Below are positions 54,754-63,347 of a stretch of DNA of 64,000 nt, one piece after another. The DNA lies in contig CANKAJ010000001.1 in the NCBI GenBank assembly GCA_947479645.1, positions 75,537 through 139,536 on the forward strand, read 5' to 3'. The DNA comes from Betaproteobacteria bacterium (GTDB lineage: Bacteria; Pseudomonadota; Gammaproteobacteria; Burkholderiales; SG8-39). The translations under genes were made by a program, and so were the position numbers. How positions within the stretch are numbered: position 1 is the stretch's first letter; each line of letters opens with the position of its first letter. The notes under the pieces are model-generated. The model saw only the letters and a list, made by a program, of their open reading frames with translations, searched no databases and was not told the DNA's origin.

Positions 54754-55983
54754 TCAGTACCAGCGCTCCATCGGATAGTGACCATTCATCAATCGACTGA
54801 TGCTGGCACGGAAGATTTCCCGCCCCCATTTGAACTCCTTGTAGAGGACAACGAAGCGCCACAGGTCACGAAGCACCAGGCGGCGCTCGCGCCAGTTCAG
54901 TGCCATCAGTGCTGCCGGAAAATCAGCCTCGTGCGGCTTGTCAAAAGCGATTTTCAGCGGGTTCCACTGATCGGTGGTGCGCCGCACCTCAGAGGCAATC
55001 ATTTTGCGGTACATCGCCTGCACTGGCTGATTTCGCAACCTCGCCTCGACGATCGCCTCGCCCGAGATCGCCCCTGAGTGCAAGGCACAGCTCATGCCCT
55101 CGCCAATCATGTTGAGGAAACCAGCCGCCTGACCGGTGACCAATACATTACCCTTGCCAAAGACATAGCGATTGATCAGCGACGGACCAAAATTTTCGGC
55201 ACAGCCTTCATGCGTGGTATGGGGATCGAGCTTCACGCCATGCTTTTCTTCCAGATAGCGCACCACATTGCGATGACGCGCATCGAAATTGTCGCCACGC
55301 TTGAATCCGACACCCACGATCTGCTGGCCATCACGGGCATGACTCCAGGTGTAATGCCCCAGTTCAGGATGGAACCAGAAGTGAAAGTACTCATGGTCAA
55401 GCGGGCATTCAATGATGTTGTGGAACTTCTGGCCGACAAAAAACCACGGGATTTGCTTTGGGTAATCCGGATAAATAGACCGGATGACCGGAGAACTGGG
55501 ACCGTCGGCGCCAATGACCCAGCGGGCACGGTAGTTTTTGCTGCTGCCCTTGTGAAGCGCCTTGATCGTGATGTGATCGCCGTGATCTTCCAGACCGGCG
55601 AAAGAAGTTTCGTCATGCACCTCGGCACCGCTGCGCAAAATCGCCCAGTAGTCAGAATAACGCCGATGCAGGTGGGGCGTTGTCCCGCCAAAAAAGTCCA
55701 TGCTCAAGGACACCATGCTGGGAAAGTGAAATGTTACTCCCCGGCACCAGGTCGGATCGTGCAGCACCTCGCGCGGCAGCGGCCCGAAATTTTCCAGCAG
55801 GAAACGATGACCACGCGGCGACAGAATACCGCTGCAGACCTTGTGACGCGGCAATTCCTTGCGTTCAAGGATGATGGTGTGCAGGCCGGCATCTGTGAGC
55901 CGCTTGGCCGCCGCCGCTGCGGCAAGGCTGGCGCCAACAATGATGACGTCGGCGCTGTGAGTCACTGGACCACTCTGCGTCAT
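54754..55983 (-). CDS. FAD-dependent oxidoreductase, geranylgeranyl-reductase/FixC-like family
   Basis: N-terminal dinucleotide fold ADVIIVGASLAAAAAAKRL...ILERK, plus the late motif LVTGQAAGFLNMIGEGMSCALHSG. There is a 4-nt ATGA overlap with the upstream gene. Confidence 0.7.
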   Translation of the reverse strand: MTQSGPVTHSADVIIVGASLAAAAAAKRLTDAGLHTIILERKELPRHKVCSGILSPRGHRFLLENFGPLPREVLHDPTWCRGVTFHFPSMVSLSMDFFGGTTPHLHRRYSDYWAILRSGAEVHDETSFAGLEDHGDHITIKALHKGSSKNYRARWVIGADGPSSPVIRSIYPDYPKQIPWFFVGQKFHNIIECPLDHEYFHFWFHPELGHYTWSHARDGQQIVGVGFKRGDNFDARHRNVVRYLEEKHGVKLDPHTTHEGCAENFGPSLINRYVFGKGNVLVTGQAAGFLNMIGEGMSCALHSGAISGEAIVEARLRNQPVQAMYRKMIASEVRRTTDQWNPLKIAFDKPHEADFPAALMALNWRERRLVLRDLWRFVVLYKEFKWGREIFRASISRLMNGHYPMERWY

Positions 55984-56963
55984 CTGGCATCACCGAGTTG
56001 TGCAACATGCAAAACCGGATACGGCGCGACCCTCTGGAACACCGCAATGTCGCGGCAGTCTTCAACGACGACGCGCGCTACCACCCTGCCCTCCAGTATC
56101 CAGCGCGCCTGATCAGCGGGGTCGACACGCCGCTTCTCCGGCATCCACTGGTGGCTCGCCGTGGTTGGGATGGCCAAACGTTGCAAATCGAGGTTCATCA
56201 TGCAGCCCGATGATACGCGCAGCTGATCGTAATGCGCGACCAGTCGTTCGCGGTCGGCGTGATAGGCACGCGACTCGATGACATAGAAATCATCCGGCCG
56301 CAGGCGCGCCCTGACGCCAGCCAGCGAGCTTGCCGCCTCACCCAGGCTGTCAATGCGCGTTCGCGGCAACCAGTCGCGCAATGCACGCAGCAACACTCCG
56401 TCACAAACAATCATCCGTCTGACCGTTCGCAACGGTGCCAGAAAGCGATTCAGGCGCTCCTCCGGAACCGATGCGCCCGCTTCGAGTGCCAAGGCAATGT
56501 CGGCCCCGCTGTCGGCCGCCAGGCCCGCCTGTTCGTGCGAAAACAAAGCAAGTACCGTTTGCAACAATTGTGGCTGCTCAGAAAGCGCGCTATCCGCCAG
56601 CAGCACCGTAGGGTAGGCAGATAAGGCCGTAGTTGAATTCGAGTCCACGCCCTGCTGTAACTGCACCACCGCATTGCCAACGCGATCCGGCATCGTACTC
56701 GCAAGATCCCGGCGCAGTGCCAGTACCATGTCCACCAGTGCAATTTCCTCCGGACAAACCGGCTCACAGGCGCCGCACAGCGTGCAGGTATCGATGGAGT
56801 CGGCAACGTCGAATGCCGTTGCGCCATGCTGTAGCGCCTTGGCGCGGCCATGCGGAGTCAGCCGGATATCGAACGTTGAGCGCCACACCGGGCAGACCAG
56901 CAAGCACAGACTGCACCCGGAGCAGGCTTCGGCACCATAGATACTATTGCGTTCGGCCGTCAT
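55980..56963 (-). CDS. GlcF-like (Fe-S)-binding protein with two 4Fe-4S motifs and Cys-less CCG-type C-terminal half
   Basis: C14-x2-C-x2-C-x3-CP and C60-x2-C-x2-C-x3-CP. The remaining ~240 aa contain no CCG motif. Confidence 0.65.
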   Translation of the reverse strand: MTAERNSIYGAEACSGCSLCLLVCPVWRSTFDIRLTPHGRAKALQHGATAFDVADSIDTCTLCGACEPVCPEEIALVDMVLALRRDLASTMPDRVGNAVVQLQQGVDSNSTTALSAYPTVLLADSALSEQPQLLQTVLALFSHEQAGLAADSGADIALALEAGASVPEERLNRFLAPLRTVRRMIVCDGVLLRALRDWLPRTRIDSLGEAASSLAGVRARLRPDDFYVIESRAYHADRERLVAHYDQLRVSSGCMMNLDLQRLAIPTTASHQWMPEKRRVDPADQARWILEGRVVARVVVEDCRDIAVFQRVAPYPVLHVAQLGDAR

Positions 56964-58525
56964 CAGAAGATCACATTGCGGTTGAGGATCATGCCCGGAT
57001 CGGCCTCGCGCTTCATCGCCAGATGCCTGTCAACGACGGCATCGCCAAACACGCGCCGGATATAGCCTTTCATCATGCCGCCAAAGCGGTAATAGCTGCC
57101 ACCCAGTTTCACCCCGATGTCGTAGATATCGTTCTTGAAGGACTGCAACGTATCACGGCTATAGACGGCATTTTCCAGCATGGGTTCAAACTCGCAACCA
57201 TAGGCATGCGTAGTCGCATCCGGAGGAATGCACGACATCTCATAGTGTTGGCGATGATCCTCCCGGAGGCGGATACCAACACAATACAAGGTGTAATGCC
57301 CAAAGTATTTTCGGCACACCGCATTGCCTTGCTCGACCGCATCGACAAACTTTTCCGTCGATGTTGCGATATCGGGTATTACCATTTGCCGACTGCCCCA
57401 GAATTTCCACACTGCGCGCGAGAACACCACGGTGCGATCGTGCATCAGGCCATTGCGGATGTGCTCGGGGCGGCGAAATTCGGGGAACAACTGCCGCTTG
57501 CGCTCGCGCAGCCAAAGTGCCTCACGCCACAACCACGGACGCAGCCCATAGTGGAGTCCCATGAGCAACGTAAAGGCCGCCTCACCATGACCACGCAGCC
57601 GACCGCGCCAGGAGGCCATAAACGTAGCTTCCCGCTCATCGGAGTCAAAAGCCACCAACAGATTCACGACCTTGTCCATCATGGTCAGAATGCCGGAATA
57701 ATCCGCCGCATCACCGGCATCCAGCAACTGCAGGTCTTCGATGGCGGTTCGCAGCGACGAGTAGTAGAAGTAATGCATCCGCAATGGCGTATACGGACGC
57801 ACTTTCAGCGTCGCTTCGGTAATCACCCCAAACTGGCCGTAGCCCAGGATGACGCGCTGGAACAATTGCGTGTTCTGTGTATCCGAGCATTCAACGATGT
57901 CGCCGGTTGGCGTGACAACCTGTAGGGAAATCGCCTGATCAGCGCTGCAACCCAATCGAGGGGAGTTGACATCAATGCCGCCCACACCGAGCGAACCGCC
58001 AACTGATGAAGTGAGATTCAGCGGAGCGGAAAGGTAATCCAGATCATATCGGCGCAAGCTCTCGGCAAGGCTGTGCCAGAAAATACCGGCCTGCGTACGC
58101 ACGATAAGTTTGTTCTTGTCCACCGACAGCACACGACTCATACCAGTCATGTCAAGCAGCACTCCGCCAAAGGCGACCGACTCACCTTCCGTGGTAAGGC
58201 CGCCGCCCCGTACCGTGACCGGAACATGGAATTGCTGCGCCAACTTAAGCAAACCAGATATTTGCCCCGCACTGCATGCAATCACCACAGCGTGCGGCAT
58301 ACCGTATGCGGTGCCCCCCGCATCCGTACTGAAAGTACCGATAATGCCCGGCTGCACAAGCAATTCGATGTCTGCGCTGGCAGCAGCTACCGCAAAGGGC
58401 GCCCAATTGGCGGCTTCCCAGCGTTTAGGGTTGGTTTGCTGCCGCACGATACCCTTCAAGGCATCGGGGGCAACGTTATCGGTCGGTATGACACCGGGTT
58501 CAATGACAGCTATATCCAACAGCAT
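56963..58525 (-). CDS. FAD-linked oxidase (PCMH/FAD_binding_4 fold, GlcD/alkyl-DHAP-synthase-like superfamily)
   Basis: VPVTVRGGGLTTEGESV, GGIDVNSPRLG and the C-terminal KREADPGMILNRNVIF are typical of FAD-linked oxidases. There is a 1-nt TGATG overlap with the next gene. Confidence 0.7.
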   Translation of the reverse strand: MLLDIAVIEPGVIPTDNVAPDALKGIVRQQTNPKRWEAANWAPFAVAAASADIELLVQPGIIGTFSTDAGGTAYGMPHAVVIACSAGQISGLLKLAQQFHVPVTVRGGGLTTEGESVAFGGVLLDMTGMSRVLSVDKNKLIVRTQAGIFWHSLAESLRRYDLDYLSAPLNLTSSVGGSLGVGGIDVNSPRLGCSADQAISLQVVTPTGDIVECSDTQNTQLFQRVILGYGQFGVITEATLKVRPYTPLRMHYFYYSSLRTAIEDLQLLDAGDAADYSGILTMMDKVVNLLVAFDSDEREATFMASWRGRLRGHGEAAFTLLMGLHYGLRPWLWREALWLRERKRQLFPEFRRPEHIRNGLMHDRTVVFSRAVWKFWGSRQMVIPDIATSTEKFVDAVEQGNAVCRKYFGHYTLYCVGIRLREDHRQHYEMSCIPPDATTHAYGCEFEPMLENAVYSRDTLQSFKNDIYDIGVKLGGSYYRFGGMMKGYIRRVFGDAVVDRHLAMKREADPGMILNRNVIF

Positions 58526-58641
58526 GCTCCAGCAAAAAACCTAAGCGGCCATTATATCGGCGACTGATATGCCAATGCGTGTGGCAGTCGCTGCACTAGG
58601 CCTTATCACACACTGATTTGGAAATTTCTCGAAGACAGGCA

Positions 58642-58671
58642 ATGACGAACACTGGCTCCGGGCTGTATCAT
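58642..58671 (+). promoter_or_regulatory. Possible sigma70 promoter for tRNA-Leu(UAA): ATGACG-18 nt-TATCAT
   Basis: The -10 TATCAT (58666-58671) ends 9 nt before the mature tRNA 5' end. The -35 matches only 4/6. Confidence 0.3.
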
Positions 58672-58680
58672 GTCATCGGA

Positions 58681-58767
58681 GCGCGGGTGGCGAAATTGGT
58701 AGACGCATCGGACTTAAAATCCGAAGCTCGCAAGGGCGTGCGGGTTCAAGTCCCGCCCTGCGCACCA
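58681..58767 (+). tRNA. tRNA-Leu (anticodon UAA), type II, CCA encoded
   Basis: Hand-folded. Acceptor GCGCGGG/CCTGCGC; anticodon stem TCGGA/TCCGA with loop CTTAAAA; T arm GCGGG-TTCAAGT-CCCGC. Confidence 0.92.
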
Positions 58768-58815
58768 CCATACTCAGGCGAAATTCGCCGGGTGATCAAA
58801 AAAGAAATGGGCCTA

Positions 58816-58841
58816 CCCCATTGGATCTTCCGCCAATGGGG
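58816..58841. terminator. 9-bp hairpin CCCCATTGG/CCAATGGGG between convergent tRNA-Leu and tRNA-Cys (bidirectional terminator candidate)
   Basis: Arms at 58816-58824 and 58833-58841. T-rich sequence follows on both strands (aatttt on plus; tttctttttt on minus). Confidence 0.5.
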
Positions 58842-58885
58842 AATTTTCCCCTGTTTGGGGGCCAATACCGATTTGTCTCGCAAAA

Positions 58886-58959
58886 TGGAGGCGCGGGGCG
58901 GAGTCGAACCGCCCTACAAGGCTTTGCAGGCCTCTGCATAACCGCTTTGCTACCGCGCC
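58886..58959 (-). tRNA. tRNA-Cys (anticodon GCA), CCA encoded
   Basis: The reverse complement folds. Acceptor GGCGCGG/CCGCGCC; anticodon loop CTGCAAA; T arm GGCGG-TTCGACT-CCGCC; 74 nt. Confidence 0.92.
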
Positions 58960-58984
58960 GGGGTCTTTTCAGACTAACTGCAGA

Positions 58985-59012
58985 CAAAAAGGGGAAGTCA
59001 TTGCGACTTCCC
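58985..59012 (-). terminator. Hairpin GGGAAGTC/GACTTCCC followed by T5 on the minus strand, between tRNA-Gly and tRNA-Cys
   Basis: Arms at 58992-58999 and 59005-59012. The minus strand reads ...gggaagtcgcaatgacttcccCTTTTTgt. It could be a terminator or a processing element. Confidence 0.4.
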
Positions 59013-59021
59013 TTGATATCC

Positions 59022-59097
59022 TGGAGCGGGAGAAGAGTCTCGAACTCTCGACCTCAACCTTGGCAAGGTTGCGCTCTACCAACTGAGCTACTCCCGC
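59022..59097 (-). tRNA. tRNA-Gly (anticodon GCC), CCA encoded
   Basis: Reverse complement: GCGGGAGTAGCTCAGTTGGTAGAGCGCAACCTTGCCAAGGTTGAGGTCGAGAGTTCGAGACTCTTCTCCCGCTCCA. 76 nt. Confidence 0.93.
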
Positions 59098-59149
59098 TTT
59101 TCTAGACTGCTGAGTTTATTCGCAATTGAAATTGCGGTCAACTATGACG

Positions 59150-59716
59150 TCAACTTTTCTCTTGAACTGGGGTGGCCAGCTTCAGATAATAGAACATGGA
59201 AATCAGTGTCAACGCTGCAGCAATGTGAATCAGCCAATAACCCACTAGCGCGGGTTCAAAGGGGCCAAGGCTGTCGTGATACAGCAGCATGGGGATGGCA
59301 ACCATTTGAAATCCCGTCTTGACCTTGCCCAGAATATTGACCGCAACACTCTTGCCTTGACCCAGACTGGCCATCCACTCCCGCAGTGCTGAAATCGTGA
59401 TTTCCCGACCGATGATGATGACCGCGACTACGGCGCTCAAACGGGAAAGCTGAACCAGCATGATCAGTGCCGCAGCAACCATCAATTTATCAGCCACCGG
59501 ATCCAGAAAGGCACCAAATGCCGAAGTCTGATTGAGCTTCCTGGCCAGGTACCCGTCCAGCCAATCCGTGATGGCAGCGGCAGTGAATATGGTGGTGGCC
59601 AACAGGTTTCGCTCATGGGAATTAAGCCAATGATCCGGAAAGTAAAACACCCCCACCACCAGAGGAATGGTGAGAATACGAAACCAGGTCAGTAAATTGG
59701 GTAAATTAATCGGCAT
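59150..59716 (-). CDS. pgsA: CDP-diacylglycerol--glycerol-3-phosphate 3-phosphatidyltransferase
   Basis: CDP-alcohol phosphatidyltransferase motif DWLDGYLARKLNQTSAFGAFLDPVADK. Matches the uvrC-pgsA-tRNA arrangement of E. coli. Confidence 0.93.
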   Translation of the reverse strand: MPINLPNLLTWFRILTIPLVVGVFYFPDHWLNSHERNLLATTIFTAAAITDWLDGYLARKLNQTSAFGAFLDPVADKLMVAAALIMLVQLSRLSAVVAVIIIGREITISALREWMASLGQGKSVAVNILGKVKTGFQMVAIPMLLYHDSLGPFEPALVGYWLIHIAAALTLISMFYYLKLATPVQEKS

Positions 59717-61577
59717 GCAGTTCTCGATAAATTCGCTCCGCGAGTTTGCGGCTGATTCCCTCTACCAGAGCAAGGTCGGAAATACTGGCGCCTTGCACAC
59801 CCTTGAGTCCGCCAAAATGCGCTAGCAACTGCCGCCTTCGCTTGGAGCCTACACCAGTAATGCCTTGCAGCGAAGAGGTAACCCGCACCTTGCTTCGCCT
59901 CGCACGATGCCCAGTGATGGCAAACCTGTGTGCCTCATCGCGAATTTGCTGTATCAGATGCAAACCAGGATGTGCGGCCCCCAATTTTACTGAACGCTCG
60001 CCCTTGTCCAGCCACAATTCCTCCATGCCCGCTTGACGCTCCGGGCCCTTGGCGACGCCAATCAACGCGATATCCGCCAACCCCAATTCAATCATGGCGT
60101 CACAGGCCACGCCGAGCTGCCCCTTCCCGCCATCAATCAGTATCAGATCAGGGGCGATGCCGTCTCCGCCGGCAAGTTTGCCGTAGCGGCGCATTAGCGC
60201 CTGATGCAGGGCACCATAATCATCACCAGGTGTCACATCGATAATATTGAAGCGGCGATACTCGCCTCGCTGCATGTCCATACGATCGTATACAACGCAC
60301 GATGCAACAGTGGCCTCGCCCTGTGTATGGCTGATGTCGAAACACTCCATGCGCTGCACCGTTTCCGGCAGTCCCAGCGACTCTCGCAACGAGGCCATAC
60401 GCCTTTCCTGGGTACTTTGTTCGGCCAGGCGGCTCTTGAGTGCGTGTCGGGCATTCGCCTCGGCTGCTTCCAGCCAGACTCGGCGCTCACCAATCGGACG
60501 CGCCACCATATGCACCTTGTGCCCGCTGTGATCCGAAAGGACCTCTGCCGACCCCGCTGGATCATCGATGCCTGCACATACAATAACGGGCGGAACCGGA
60601 CGCTCCAGGTAATGCTGCGTCATGAAGGCCAGCAGCACATCATCGGGTTTGTCTCCAGGTGCGCAATTCGGGAAAAAGCTGCGATCACCGAGATTGCGAC
60701 CGCCCCGAATCATGACCAGGTTGACGCAGCCGATACCACCATCGTCAGCATAGGCAATCACATCAACATCTGAATCGCTGCCGGTATCTGCGTACTGCCG
60801 ATGCGCCATTCTTGACAGTGACTGGATTTGATCACGATAGATTGCCGCCTGCTCGAATCGAAGTGCATCGGACTCCTCCTGCATGCGCTCGGATAGCCTG
60901 CTTACCACATCGTCGCTACGCCCCTCCAGCAACATCGTGGCGTTATGAACATCCTCAGCATAGCTTGAAGCATCAATCAGACCGACACAGGGTGCCGAAC
61001 ACCGGCGAATCTGATGCAAAAGACACGGCCGCGACCGATTCTGGAACACAGACTCTTCACAGGTGCGAATGCGAAACACTCGCTGCAATAACTGGATGCT
61101 TTCACGAACGGCGCCTGAATGCGGATAAGGACCGAAATAGCGATTGGCCTTATCCAGCGCTCCGCGGTGAAATCCCAGTCGGGGGAATGCTCCGCCACTG
61201 ACCAACAAATAGGGATAGGATTTATCATCCCGAAAAAGGATGTTATACCGCGGTGACAGCGATTTGATGAAGTTGTTCTCGAGGATCAGTGCCTCACCTT
61301 CGGAACTTGTAATGGTAACCTCGACGGCAGCGACCTGAGTCAACATGCGCGCGATGCGCGGTCCATGCCCGCCTTTCTGAAAGTACGAGGACACCCTTTT
61401 CTTAAGGTCACGCGCCTTGCCTACATAAAGCACCTCACCCTTGGCATCGAGCATGCGATAGACACCGGGCAGACCGGGCAGACTGTTGATTAATGCGGCA
61501 CTGTCAAAGGCCCGCAAAGGTGCCTCCGGGGGAGGCAAAGCAGCCTCCTTGCCGTCATTTGCAGGACGCAGCGTCAT
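59706..61577 (-). CDS. uvrC: Excinuclease ABC subunit C
   Basis: Trimmed to ATG 61577, 5 nt after the upstream stop. GIY-YIG motif GVYRMLDAKGEVLYVGKA, a UVR domain, an endonuclease V-like domain and a C-terminal (HhH)2. Confidence 0.95.
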   Translation of the reverse strand: MTLRPANDGKEAALPPPEAPLRAFDSAALINSLPGLPGVYRMLDAKGEVLYVGKARDLKKRVSSYFQKGGHGPRIARMLTQVAAVEVTITSSEGEALILENNFIKSLSPRYNILFRDDKSYPYLLVSGGAFPRLGFHRGALDKANRYFGPYPHSGAVRESIQLLQRVFRIRTCEESVFQNRSRPCLLHQIRRCSAPCVGLIDASSYAEDVHNATMLLEGRSDDVVSRLSERMQEESDALRFEQAAIYRDQIQSLSRMAHRQYADTGSDSDVDVIAYADDGGIGCVNLVMIRGGRNLGDRSFFPNCAPGDKPDDVLLAFMTQHYLERPVPPVIVCAGIDDPAGSAEVLSDHSGHKVHMVARPIGERRVWLEAAEANARHALKSRLAEQSTQERRMASLRESLGLPETVQRMECFDISHTQGEATVASCVVYDRMDMQRGEYRRFNIIDVTPGDDYGALHQALMRRYGKLAGGDGIAPDLILIDGGKGQLGVACDAMIELGLADIALIGVAKGPERQAGMEELWLDKGERSVKLGAAHPGLHLIQQIRDEAHRFAITGHRARRSKVRVTSSLQGITGVGSKRRRQLLAHFGGLKGVQGASISDLALVEGISRKLAERIYRELHAD

Positions 61578-61582
61578 ATGCT

Positions 61583-62251
61583 CTAGGAAAGAAAATCCCG
61601 AATGTCGGAAAATACCTTCTGGAACATTTCCGGGGTCAGGCGCTTCGTTTGTGTGTTGTAACGACTGCAATGATAGCTGTCGTAAAGACGCAACCCGTTC
61701 GGGGTTGCCTTGTTGGCAGGAAGATCATGAATGGCATGATGTGCAAACGGAAACTGCTGTGACTTCAGGCCGATTGCCAGCAACACCGCCTGATGCGCAA
61801 TCGTTCCCAGAGCCAAAATCGCCCGAGGCGGACGCGCGACAATTTCAGCCGCCAGATAGCTGTTGCAACGGCGAATTTCGAGAACATCGGGCTTGTTCTG
61901 CGGTGGCAGGCACTTCACGGCATTGGTGATTCGGCAATTCTTCAGTTTAAGACCATCGTTTGCTTCACTGGAACCGGCATGGTTGGCAAACCCAAAGGCA
62001 TGCAGGGTCTCGTACAAAAGAATGCCCGCATGGTCTCCTGTAAACGGTCGGCCAGTGCGGTTGGCGCCGTGCATGCCTGGTGCCAATCCCACGATCATCA
62101 ACTGCGCCTTGGCATCACCAAACGGGGGCACCGGGCGCGCGAAGTAATCCGGTTGCTGGACCCGAATTTCCTGCAAAAAACCCGACAGTCGCGGACAAGC
62201 ACGGCATTCCGGATTGAACAGGGCAGTCTTCGCTGCGGCAATTTTGGACAT
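61583..62251 (-). CDS. Uracil-DNA glycosylase superfamily protein, family 4/5 type (UdgB-like motif)
   Basis: CRACPRL..., then motif GLAPGMHGANRTGRPFTGD and SYHCSRYNTQTKRLT, which resemble family-5 UDGs. Confidence 0.8.
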   Translation of the reverse strand: MSKIAAAKTALFNPECRACPRLSGFLQEIRVQQPDYFARPVPPFGDAKAQLMIVGLAPGMHGANRTGRPFTGDHAGILLYETLHAFGFANHAGSSEANDGLKLKNCRITNAVKCLPPQNKPDVLEIRRCNSYLAAEIVARPPRAILALGTIAHQAVLLAIGLKSQQFPFAHHAIHDLPANKATPNGLRLYDSYHCSRYNTQTKRLTPEMFQKVFSDIRDFLS

Positions 62252-62330
62252 GATTTTGAACTCGATTTCTACGCGAGAGCAACCTAGTTAGGACAGCTAC
62301 AGTGACGAGCAAGGATATCTGATTGAGAAA

Positions 62331-63347
62331 TCAGCCAAATGACGCGCGAAACACGTCAAGTGCCTTCTGGTATCGCATGTGTTGTTTCTGGCTTTCTCCC
62401 AGCTTTCGCGAGCGCATGCGTTCGCCACGATCCTGGCGCAGGACTCTATTGGACTTGGCCATGCCCTGTACCAGCCTGCGCGCCGATTCGGGCGCATTGC
62501 AAACAAGCACCATATCGCAATCGGCCTCAAACGCAGCGTTTGCGCGTGCGAGTACATCACCGGCGACACTGGCGCCTTCCATGGACAAGTCATCACTGAA
62601 GATCAGACCATCAAAACCGAGGCGTTGGCGCAATATTTCCTTCAGCCAGATCGCTGAAAAGCCAGCCGGCCTGCTGTCAATGCTGGGGTAAATCACATGC
62701 GCCGGCATAATGCCGGCCAGTCCTTTTGAAATGAGCATCCGGTACGGTGCCAGATCGAAACGCTCAATCTCCCCGATCAAACGTTCATCAACAGGGATGG
62801 CCACATGTGAATCGGCAGTGGTAAACCCATGCCCGGGAAAATGCTTTCCCACAGCGGCCATACCGGCTTGTGCAAGCCCAAGCATTAGCGCTGTAGCCAG
62901 TTCGCCAGCGACTTCCGGACTGCGTGAAAAAGCCCTGTCGCCGATGACCCCGGATGCACCAAAGTCCAGATCCAGAACCGGAGTGAAACTGAAATCAATG
63001 CCGACGTCGGCCAACTCGCTACCAATGATTATGCCAATCGCCTCGGCAAGACTGGCGGCGACCGCGGCATCGCGTTCCCATACAAGGCCAATCTCCCGCA
63101 TCGGCGGGATGGCGGTAAAACCGTCGCGGAATCTCTGCACTCGCCCCCCTTCATGATCGACCGCAATCAACAGTTCAGGATTTCGCAGTGCCCGCAGCTC
63201 CCGGGTGAGCGTTCGCAGTTGCGCAACATTCTGAAAATTGCGTGCAAACAAAATAACGCCCCCGATCTCGGGCCGGCGCAGGAACTTACACTCTTCCGGC
63301 GTAAGCGAGTAGCCCGCCACATCAACCATGACAGGACCAAGAATCAT
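62331..63347 (-). CDS. nagZ: Beta-N-acetylhexosaminidase NagZ (GH3)
   Basis: LIAVDHEGGRVQRF, KHFPGHG and DDLSMEGA motifs. 338 aa. Confidence 0.93.
   Translation of the reverse strand: MILGPVMVDVAGYSLTPEECKFLRRPEIGGVILFARNFQNVAQLRTLTRELRALRNPELLIAVDHEGGRVQRFRDGFTAIPPMREIGLVWERDAAVAASLAEAIGIIIGSELADVGIDFSFTPVLDLDFGASGVIGDRAFSRSPEVAGELATALMLGLAQAGMAAVGKHFPGHGFTTADSHVAIPVDERLIGEIERFDLAPYRMLISKGLAGIMPAHVIYPSIDSRPAGFSAIWLKEILRQRLGFDGLIFSDDLSMEGASVAGDVLARANAAFEADCDMVLVCNAPESARRLVQGMAKSNRVLRQDRGERMRSRKLGESQKQHMRYQKALDVFRASFG

Noticed and set aside
58560-59150. A tRNA cluster as a possible integration hotspot or genomic-island boundary for the 41.9-58.5 kb GC-rich block.
   Set aside because: There is no integrase, no direct repeat of a tRNA 3' end, and no mobile-element gene anywhere in the window. 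The flanking genes on both sides are core genes.
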